Source: an uncultured Lachnospiraceae bacterium (GTDB taxonomy: Bacteria; Bacillota; Clostridia; Lachnospirales; Lachnospiraceae). From it: a stretch of DNA of 64,000 nt. The translations under genes were made by a program, and so were the position numbers. The notes under the pieces are model-generated. The model did not search any database. It was not told the origin of the DNA and saw only the letters and a list, made by a program, of their open reading frames with translations. This document shows, piece by piece, positions 10,601 through 16,818 of the stretch (the stretch's first letter is position 1; each line of letters begins with the position of its first letter). Where the stretch lies: NCBI GenBank assembly GCA_947625135.1, contig CANQNE010000011.1, forward strand, positions 370 through 64,369, given 5' to 3'.

Positions 10601-11978
10601 AGTTGGCGTAGTTGCGACCTGTGAGCATCCTGATCTGATTCAGGAAAAATGTTCTGTCTGCGGCAATGTAAAGAGCAGCAAAGAAGTAGCAGGAAGCAAG
10701 CCGCTCCCGCACACACCGGAAACAAAGTATGTTCCGGCTACCTGTACAGAGAACGGAAAGAATGTGACTACCTGTACAGTCTGCAAAAAGGTACTGGAAT
10801 CTGACGATCTCGGAGATCTGGATCCTGCTACCGGCGGACATGAGTACGAGGAAAAGGTAGTTGCACCCAACTGTAAGGAGAAAGGCTATACGCTGCATAC
10901 CTGTAAGAAGTGCGGCGACAGCTACAAGACTGATGAAACCGAGCCTAACGGCCAGCATGTTGTGAAGCTTTCAGATCCGAAGGATTATCTGAAGCAGCCT
11001 ACCTGTACTTCAACGGGTATCTCAAAGGCAACCTGTGCTGTCTGCAAAGCGGATCTTGGTTATGCGGCTGTGCCTATGACCCCTCATGTATTTGACGGAT
11101 CAAAGGCAAAGATCACGAAAGAGCCTACCTGTACCGAACCCGGTATCATGGAAAGCCCTTGTGCTAACGGCTGCGGCGCAAAAGCGACAGAGGAACTGGC
11201 GGCTCTTGGTCATAAGTATGGCGAAGAGAAGGTTTCTGAGGACGGCAAGACCGTATATCAGGAATGTTCCGTATGCGGCGACATCAAAGTGATCTGGAGT
11301 GAAGATCCCTGCGCAGGAAAGCATACGCCCGGGGAACCCCAGAAGGAAAAAGAAGTAGCGGCAACCTGCGACAAGGCAGGTTCTTACGAAGAAGTTGTAT
11401 ATTGTACAGTATGCAAGAAAGAAATTTCCAGAACTCCCAAGACGGTGGATGCTCTCGGACATAAGCCCGGCGCTGCAGTGAAGGAAAAAGAGGTCGCTGC
11501 AACCTGTGAAACAGCAGGTTCCTACGAGGAAGTAATTACCTGTACAGTGTGCAAGAAAGAAATTTCCAGAACTCCCAAGACAGTGGCCGCACTTGGACAT
11601 AAGCCCGGCGCTGCAGTAAAGGAGAACGAAGTAGCAGCAACCTGCGACAAGGCAGGCTCTTACGAAGAGGTTACCTATTGTACAGTCTGCAAGAAGGAAA
11701 CCTCCAGAGCAAAGAAGACCGTGCCCGCAGGCAACCACACTCCGGGAGCTGCAGTAAAGGAAAATGAAGTGGCTGCAACCTGTGATAAAGAAGGTTCTTA
11801 TGAAGAGGTTACCTACTGTACAGTCTGCAAGAAGGAAATTTCCAGAGTGAAGAAGACAGTAGAAAAGACCGGTCATACATTCGGTGATTATGAGTATGAG
11901 TACAATGAAGAAACAAACAGATGGGATGTATATCGTACTTGTACCGTATGCGGAACCAGAGAAAAAATTGACTATTGA
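7677..11978 (+). CDS. Secreted 1,433-aa protein composed of about 32 tandem Cys3-His modules (function unknown)
   Basis: SD GGAGGA 6 nt upstream. Signal peptide MSILKRILVVLLSLCMAVSPVYVASA. Reiterated pattern (A/P/V)(T/S)C-x3-G-x5-7-C-x2-C-x10-20-H. No enzyme motif and no LPXTG. Confidence 0.85.
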   Translation: MSILKRILVVLLSLCMAVSPVYVASAGTVEAAEGAHTHKYDKSTVKEASCKEPGIDKYECECGDSYYSIVTVPHDYDTNGDGKEDINDEGTSITKQPTCTDKGQITYTCKVCGAKKVDELPANGHTPGTPELIPHTCTENGKAVIKCTVCHAVLETTDLGDADKAPGTDHVPGPVQKENEKAVTCKKDGSYDNVIYCTVCKAEISRETVTVKSTGQEHVYSEEDLQVVKPASCTENGISSYTCKECKEVGYVVINASHSWKLKEKAEDDYKERVEATCGKDGKGTYQCEVCGETKVDVIPATGQHTIVEEYKDPTCTEAQMYEKKCSVCGKVLESKPVEGSKPNGHKEASRYVAPTCTKNGQNETYCTVCNKVLKTEDLGELDPSKGGHKLGDWTADKTDKKWKDVTCKENGLKVEVQICSVCKEKVNRRETVVESTGTEHKYPAVGKGTVVTPASCEKNGIERVTCEICKASTYRVVPASHNWVDKGWVAGKEATCAKDGEKNFECAVCKKTKTEKVSKSTVKHTPGQEEYQEPTCTERGKMVVKCTVCKAVISSKDVTGKEADPKGHKEAVRFVEATCEKNGQSETYCTVCNKVLKTEDLGELAPSKGGHKLGDWTADKTDKKWKDVTCKENGLKVEVQICSVCKEKVNRRETVVESTGTEHKYPAVGKGTEVTPATCDKNGIERVTCEICKASTYRVVPASHNWVDKGWVAGKEATCAKDGEKNFECAVCKKTKTEKVSKSTVKHTPGQEEYQEPTCTERGKMVVKCTVCKAVISSKDVTGKEADPKGHKEAVRFVEATCEKNGQSETYCTVCNKVLKTEDLGELAPSKGGHKLGDWTADKTDKKWKDVTCKENGLKVEVQICSVCKEKVNRRETVVESTGTEHKYPAVGKGTVVMAATCDKNGIERVTCEFCKISTYRVVPAGHNWETRGYVEGKVPTCAKDGEEKFECTVCGKTKTEKVSKSTIKHQYETVGVVATCEHPDLIQEKCSVCGNVKSSKEVAGSKPLPHTPETKYVPATCTENGKNVTTCTVCKKVLESDDLGDLDPATGGHEYEEKVVAPNCKEKGYTLHTCKKCGDSYKTDETEPNGQHVVKLSDPKDYLKQPTCTSTGISKATCAVCKADLGYAAVPMTPHVFDGSKAKITKEPTCTEPGIMESPCANGCGAKATEELAALGHKYGEEKVSEDGKTVYQECSVCGDIKVIWSEDPCAGKHTPGEPQKEKEVAATCDKAGSYEEVVYCTVCKKEISRTPKTVDALGHKPGAAVKEKEVAATCETAGSYEEVITCTVCKKEISRTPKTVAALGHKPGAAVKENEVAATCDKAGSYEEVTYCTVCKKETSRAKKTVPAGNHTPGAAVKENEVAATCDKEGSYEEVTYCTVCKKEISRVKKTVEKTGHTFGDYEYEYNEETNRWDVYRTCTVCGTREKIDY
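8708..10714 (+). repeat. Three tandem 669-bp (223-aa) in-frame repeats inside the giant CDS
   Basis: Identical landmarks at 8771, 9440 and 10109 (TTACTGTACAGTCTGCAACAAAGTG). The string starting at 9361 recurs at 10030. The high-identity tract runs about 8760-10465. Confidence 0.9.
11319..11875 (+). repeat. Four tandem 138-bp (46-aa) repeats at the 3' end of the giant CDS
   Basis: GGACATAAGCCCGGCGCTGCAGT recurs at 11457 and 11595. Protein unit: HKPGAAVKEKEVAATCxxAGSYEEVxxCTVCKKEISRTPKTVxALG. Confidence 0.85.
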
Positions 11979-12064
11979 TCTGCAGAGCAGGCGATTGATC
12001 TGACCGATCATAGTTGATCAGCTGCCGGTCTGCGATTGGCAGACCGGCAGAATTCAGAAAGGAT

Positions 12065-12664
12065 ATGGCAATGAAAAAAGTTATTGTAGGAATACTTACG
12101 CTGGTCATGGTACTGTCAGCAATGCTCTCACTGGCAGGATGTCAGGACAAAAAAACTGATGTTCAGAACGACACGCCGGTCAGTGCCACGGAAGAATCTC
12201 AGACTGCCGGAGAAAAAGAAACAGAGACAATGATCAACAGTAATCTGAATCCGGATGAGATCACACAGAGCGAACAGGAATCCATTGATCTGCTTGCGTC
12301 TGATATGACTGTTGTGACGGATGAAAATTTCGGAGAGATAGTCAACGAGGCGATTTATCATACAAGCGAGTTTAGTGGCAAAGTGTACCAGCTTGAAGGT
12401 GTTTACACTACAAACACCGAGGGAGGGGTTCCTTACCTTTATCGTTTTCTGGTAAACGGAGAGGAGGAAACCTTCTGTGGATTGCCATTGGTTTATTTGA
12501 ATAAACAGTTCAATGATGGCGATTGGATCAAGGTGACAGGAATTTTCAACGCTCATGAGATCAATGGTGCTTCCATCACAGCGTTGGAGATTGTGGCGGC
12601 ACAGCGGCTTCCGCAGGCGGGACAGGAGAAGATCCCCTGGTCCGGCGCCGCTCACGATCATTAA
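12065..12664 (+). CDS. Lipoprotein of unknown function
   Basis: Start moved to the ATG at 12065 because the ORF-track start lies inside a 12-bp hairpin. Signal peptide plus lipobox LSLAGC, an acidic linker, then a domain of about 110 aa. Confidence 0.7.
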   Translation: MAMKKVIVGILTLVMVLSAMLSLAGCQDKKTDVQNDTPVSATEESQTAGEKETETMINSNLNPDEITQSEQESIDLLASDMTVVTDENFGEIVNEAIYHTSEFSGKVYQLEGVYTTNTEGGVPYLYRFLVNGEEETFCGLPLVYLNKQFNDGDWIKVTGIFNAHEINGASITALEIVAAQRLPQAGQEKIPWSGAAHDH

Positions 12665-12675
12665 GGAGGGATTAG

Positions 12676-13731
12676 ATGAATTTGAAATACGGAAAAAAGC
12701 GTTTTCTCAGTGCGCTGCTGATTTGCCTTTTCGTTGTCAGCTGCTTTTCCTTTACGGCAATGGCTGCTGAGGATCATGAACACAATTTCGAGAGTACGGT
12801 GGTTCATGAGGCAACCTGTACAAGAGTGGGAATCGGCTTGAATCGGTGTACGATCTGCGGATATGAGCAGCATTATGAGATTCCGATGATCGATCACGAT
12901 TATACAAGATCAGTGGTACATGAAGCTACCTGTGTAGAAAACGGTATTGCATTGCTTACCTGTAAGGTTTGCGGTGCAGAAGCCCATGAGGCGATTCCGG
13001 CAACAGGCCATACACCGGTAACGGACGCTGCTGTGGCAGCTGCCTGTGAAACGGCAGGCCTGACGGAAGGCAGTCATTGTTCTGTGTGCGGCGCGGTACT
13101 TACTTCTCAGGAGACTGTACCGGCAAAGGGTCATAATCTGACCGCTGTAGCGGCAAAGGATCCTACAGAAACAGAAGCAGGCAACAAGGCATATTACGTA
13201 TGCGCTGACTGCGGCAAGCTGTTTGAGGATCAGGCCGGGACAACAGAGACTACTTTGGAGCAGGTAACGATACCTGCCACAGGTCCTGTGACACCCAGCG
13301 CAGCGCCCAGTGAGGAACCCAGTGCAGCGCCCAGTGAGAAACCCAGCGCAGCGCCCAGTGAGAAACCCAGCGCAGCGCCCAGCGAGGAACCCAGTGCAGA
13401 ACCCAGCACGGAGCCCAGCGCAGCGCCCAGTACGGAGCCCAGTGCAGAACCCAGCACAGAGCCCAGTGCAGCGCCCAGCGAGAAACCCAGTGCAGAACCC
13501 ACTGCAGAACCTGAAACGAACCCCAGTGCAAGACCTGATGCCAATAGCGGCAGCGCCACAGGCGGCACAAATGTAAACGGAGGCGGATCTGCTGCGGTAA
13601 AGACGTCTTCAAACGGAAATGTTGCAGCGCCTAAGACAGTAGATGGTTATACGATCGTTACATATCTGACGATGATCCTTCTTTGCTGTGCAGGTGTTGG
13701 TTTTCTGGCAAAAAAAGGAATCAGGGAATAA
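12676..13731 (+). CDS. Membrane-anchored surface protein with four Cys3-His modules, a Pro/Ser/Ala/Glu linker and a C-terminal TM anchor
   Basis: SD AAGGAGGG. Signal peptide ending AMA. Modules ATCTRVG..CTIC..H, ATCVENG..CKVC..GH, AACETAG..CSVC..GH, then CADC. The C-terminal hydrophobic segment is followed by KKGIRE. Confidence 0.8.
   Translation: MNLKYGKKRFLSALLICLFVVSCFSFTAMAAEDHEHNFESTVVHEATCTRVGIGLNRCTICGYEQHYEIPMIDHDYTRSVVHEATCVENGIALLTCKVCGAEAHEAIPATGHTPVTDAAVAAACETAGLTEGSHCSVCGAVLTSQETVPAKGHNLTAVAAKDPTETEAGNKAYYVCADCGKLFEDQAGTTETTLEQVTIPATGPVTPSAAPSEEPSAAPSEKPSAAPSEKPSAAPSEEPSAEPSTEPSAAPSTEPSAEPSTEPSAAPSEKPSAEPTAEPETNPSARPDANSGSATGGTNVNGGGSAAVKTSSNGNVAAPKTVDGYTIVTYLTMILLCCAGVGFLAKKGIRE
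13294..13530 (+). repeat. 24-bp (8-aa) tandem repeat encoding a (E/K)PSA(A/E)PS(E/T) linker
   Basis: CCCAGTGCAGCGCCCAGTGAGAAA-like units repeated about 10 times. This tract creates the spurious ORFs seen in other frames. Confidence 0.85.
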
Positions 13732-13779
13732 TTGATTCTTCGGATTCCAAATGAAAGTCAATTTTATAAGTTAATAGAA

Positions 13780-13818
13780 AGAGTGGGAATACGAAAAAGT
13801 ATACCCACTCTTTTTTAT
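13780..13818 (+). terminator. Rho-independent terminator ending the Cys-repeat operon
   Basis: AGAGTGGGAATAC / GTATACCCACTCT stem (one mismatch) followed by TTTTTTATTT. Confidence 0.7.
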
Positions 13819-13923
13819 TTGTGCTATAATGTGCGAAAGAAGAACCAGGTGTCAGAGATTATTGGAGATCATAAGAAGAAAAAGGGATTCACATGTTGAC
13901 GGAGGGAGAGAAAGTACAGGAGC

Positions 13924-15021
13924 ATGTTTAGACTGTTTTTGATCATTGTATTCATTGTAAGTTTGGCAGGATTGTGGTATCTTGCGCTGCGGATCCATCG
14001 GTTTACTTTTTTTCAAAAGATGGAAGAAGACCATAAAATTCTTTCATGGATATTGGCGGCCCTGCCTGAGGCAGTGGTAGTCGGTTGGGCTTTTTTAAAC
14101 ACCACTGCCATGCTGGTGGTATTGATCCATCTGATCGTGGGCTGGCTGCTCTGCGATCTGATCGCTTTTCTTGTAAAAAAAGCAGCGGGAAAGCAGATCC
14201 CCTATAATTATAAGGGACTTGCCGCTATATTGCTCGCTGTGGTGTATTTGGGCGCAGGCTGGTATTTTGCGCATCACGTATATCAGACGGCGTATACCCT
14301 GACTACCCCTAAGGACGTGGGGGAGGAACCGCTTCGCGTGGCGGCGATCGCGGATTCTCATATCGGTATCACGCTGGATGGAGAAAAGTTTGCCGCGCAG
14401 ATAGAACGCATCAGGCAGAGTGATCCTGATATCCTGCTGATCATAGGGGATTTTGTGGATGATGACACCAAAAAGGCGGATATGGTCGCGGCTTGCAGCG
14501 CGCTGGGACAGCTTGATCTTCCTTACGGGGTATATTTTGTCTATGGCAATCATGATGAAGGATATTTTGGTTACCGGAATTTTACGGCGGAGGAGCTGCG
14601 GACGGAGCTGGTCCGAAACCAGATAAAGATTCTGGAGGATGAATGTGTCCTCATTGACAACCGGTTTTATCTTGCAGGGAGGAAGGATCGTTCCATGCCG
14701 GAAAGAATGGAGGCAGAGGAGCTTACAGCGGGGCTGGATCCCTCGAAATACACAATCCTTCTGGACCATCAGCCAAATGATTATGAAGGGGAAGAAGCGT
14801 CCGGCGCGGATCTTGTTCTTTCCGGCCATACCCATGGGGGACATATTTTCCCTGTCGGTTTGATCGGGCTGGCGGCAGGCGCAAATGACCGTGTATATGG
14901 AAAGGAGCAGCGGGGCAACACTACTTTTATCGTCACTTCCGGTATTTCCGGCTGGGCGGTGCCCTTCAAGACCGGAGCGATCTCGGAATATCTGGTGATC
15001 GACATTCAGGGAAAAAAGTGA
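13924..15021 (+). CDS. Membrane-associated metallophosphoesterase
   Basis: Four N-terminal TM segments, then the calcineurin-like motifs DSHIG, GDFVDD, GNHD and GHTHGG. Confidence 0.85.
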   Translation: MFRLFLIIVFIVSLAGLWYLALRIHRFTFFQKMEEDHKILSWILAALPEAVVVGWAFLNTTAMLVVLIHLIVGWLLCDLIAFLVKKAAGKQIPYNYKGLAAILLAVVYLGAGWYFAHHVYQTAYTLTTPKDVGEEPLRVAAIADSHIGITLDGEKFAAQIERIRQSDPDILLIIGDFVDDDTKKADMVAACSALGQLDLPYGVYFVYGNHDEGYFGYRNFTAEELRTELVRNQIKILEDECVLIDNRFYLAGRKDRSMPERMEAEELTAGLDPSKYTILLDHQPNDYEGEEASGADLVLSGHTHGGHIFPVGLIGLAAGANDRVYGKEQRGNTTFIVTSGISGWAVPFKTGAISEYLVIDIQGKK

Positions 15022-15037
15022 GAAAGGAATGAAAGTC

Positions 15038-15934
15038 ATGGAAAAAGCAAAGGTATTTTTTACCAAAGATATCAGTCCGGAGTCGGTAGTAAAAATGTTT
15101 CAGGCACTGGAGATCCGCCTGCCGGGAAAGGTTGCGGTGAAAGTACATTCCGGCGAAGAGGGAAATCAGAATTATCTTCATCCGGAGTTTATGCGGCCAA
15201 TGGTAGAATATGTAAAAGGAACCATTGTGGAATGTAATACCGCCTACGACGGAGAGCGCAATTCCACCGAAAAACACCGGAGGCTGCTGGACGATCATGG
15301 ATGGACAAAGTATTTTCCGGTGGATCTGATGGATGCGGAAGGCCCGGATATCGTTCTGGACATTCCCGACGGAAAGGTGCTGAAGGAGAACCGGGTAGGC
15401 AGGCATATTGCAGACTATGATTCCATGCTGGTGCTGTCTCATTTTAAGGGACATCCCGCAGGGGGCTATGGCGGCGCTTTGAAACAGCTCTCGATCGGAT
15501 GCGCTTCTACTGCGGGAAAATGCCTGATCCATTCCGGCGGGCTGATCACGGATCAGCAGATCGTCTGGGATTATATGGCGGAGCAGGACGTGTTCTGTGA
15601 ATCCATGGCGGACGCTGCCGCCAGCGTTGCCCGGTATTTTGCAGACAGGATCGCTTATGTGAGCATGATGTGCAATCTGTCAGTCGACTGCGACTGCTGC
15701 GCGGTGGCCGAGGATCCCTGCATGGCGGATATCGGTATTTTGTCTTCTCTGGACCCGGTTGCGCTGGATCAGGCCTGTATGGATCTGATCTATCAGTCAA
15801 AGGATCCGGGCCGGGATCATTTTCTTCAGCGGGTGGAATCCCTTCACGGCACCCATACCATCGACGCAGCCGCGCAGCTGGGATTCGGCACGAAGGAGTA
15901 TGAACTGATCTGTATAGACAGCCAGAAAGTGTGA
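15038..15934 (+). CDS. DUF362-like protein (uncharacterised, Cys-rich C-terminal half)
   Basis: The ORF is 15029-15934, but the ATG at 15038 has better SD spacing. Family call from memory, based on N-terminal VKVHSGEEGN and central SHFKGHPAGGYGGALKQLSIG. Confidence 0.55.
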   Translation: MEKAKVFFTKDISPESVVKMFQALEIRLPGKVAVKVHSGEEGNQNYLHPEFMRPMVEYVKGTIVECNTAYDGERNSTEKHRRLLDDHGWTKYFPVDLMDAEGPDIVLDIPDGKVLKENRVGRHIADYDSMLVLSHFKGHPAGGYGGALKQLSIGCASTAGKCLIHSGGLITDQQIVWDYMAEQDVFCESMADAAASVARYFADRIAYVSMMCNLSVDCDCCAVAEDPCMADIGILSSLDPVALDQACMDLIYQSKDPGRDHFLQRVESLHGTHTIDAAAQLGFGTKEYELICIDSQKV

Positions 15935-16027
15935 AAACAGAATAGAATTACTTGAATGCGGGAATCCTGTTATCTGTAATTGACAATGCTTTTCTTGTAA
16001 AATTTAGCTAACAATCGGAGGCGGATT

Positions 16028-16414
16028 ATGAGAAAAGAAGAGAACGGCGAGAACAGAAAGCAGGTACTGCAGACTGCGGCAAGGATCAAAAAGCTCCGGG
16101 AGCGGCAAGGCTATACACAGGAGCAGATCGCTGAAAAGTCAGGACTGACAGCGGAGAATTACAAGAAGATAGAGGATGGGAGCAATGCCATGTCCATCAC
16201 TTCTCTGCGCAAGGTGCAGAAGGTTCTGGACGTATCCTTTGATTATATTTTAGACGGGGAAACCGAAGACCGGGAGGCATTGTGGAAGAAGCTGAACGCC
16301 TGTGATTTCCACGGCAGGATGATGATCTTTGCCAGGCTGCTCCGTCAGTTTTCCGAGGAAGATATTTCTAAAGAAGAGATAGCAGAATGTGTCTGTGAGG
16401 CGCTGGAGCGGTAA
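16028..16414 (+). CDS. XRE-family HTH transcriptional regulator
   Basis: 128 aa. HTH segment IKKLRERQGYTQEQIAEKSGLTAENYKKIEDG. Confidence 0.8.
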   Translation: MRKEENGENRKQVLQTAARIKKLRERQGYTQEQIAEKSGLTAENYKKIEDGSNAMSITSLRKVQKVLDVSFDYILDGETEDREALWKKLNACDFHGRMMIFARLLRQFSEEDISKEEIAECVCEALER

Positions 16415-16438
16415 AGAAATGGGCGCCTGTATAATCAC

Positions 16439-16467
16439 TTGACTTTTTCCTGCGGAGTCCGTACAAT
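16439..16467 (+). promoter_or_regulatory. Candidate sigma-A promoter for ptsH-ptsI
   Basis: TTGACT, 17 nt, TACAAT. Confidence 0.5.
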
Positions 16468-16544
16468 TTTAACAGGGCATAAAATTCTTTCAATCTGACA
16501 ACAATAGAGAAGACGAAAGAATTTACGAAAAGAGGGTGAATGTG

Positions 16545-16802
16545 ATGAGATCATTTACTTACACCGTCAGAGATGCTCTGGGCCTGCATGCCCGCCCGGC
16601 GGGGATGCTGGTAAAGGAAGCCAGCCGATATCAGTCAAAGATCACCGTTTCCGCCAATGGAAAACAGGCGGAGGCCGACAGGCTTATGCTCCTGATGGGC
16701 ATGGGCATCAGACAGGGCACTCAGGTGACAGTCACTGCGGAGGGCGTTGACGAGGACAGCGCGGAGGCTGGAATACGGCATTTTTTTGAGGAAAGTCTGT
16801 AG
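16545..16802 (+). CDS. ptsH: HPr-family phosphocarrier protein (His15 present, Ser46 replaced)
   Basis: ATG at 16545, 9 nt after AGAGGG. GLHARPAG active-site region. The position equivalent to Ser46 reads ADRLMLLMGMG. Confidence 0.85.
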   Translation: MRSFTYTVRDALGLHARPAGMLVKEASRYQSKITVSANGKQAEADRLMLLMGMGIRQGTQVTVTAEGVDEDSAEAGIRHFFEESL

Positions 16803-16818
16803 GAAAGCAGGTGATGGG

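Noticed and set aside
8708-10714. Regularly spaced direct repeats that might be mistaken for a CRISPR-like array.
   Set aside because: The period is 669 bp with no short repeat/spacer alternation. The repeats are in frame inside a CDS, and there are no cas genes.
8724-10958. A 744-aa minus-strand ORF, with several 108-aa minus-strand ORFs at 669-bp spacing, antisense to the giant gene.
   Set aside because: This is a by-product of the repeated, Lys/Glu/Cys/Thr-codon-rich sense strand, which happens to lack antisense stop codons. The translation is low-complexity and Cys/Leu/Phe-rich, there is no SD, and the sense frame has a signal peptide and clear module logic.
13230-13612. Overlapping ORFs of 88-120 aa in other frames and on the other strand across the PSAEPS repeat region.
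   Set aside because: These are generated by the 24-bp tandem repeat. Only the + frame of 12676-13731 is continuous with a signal peptide and a C-terminal anchor.
13600-13731. APKTVDG followed by a hydrophobic helix and KKGIRE, considered as a sortase cell-wall sorting signal.
   Set aside because: The motif is not LPXTG or (S/P)PXTG, and PKTVD also occurs inside the repeat modules of the giant protein. I call it only a C-terminal TM anchor; the alternative is listed in the findings.
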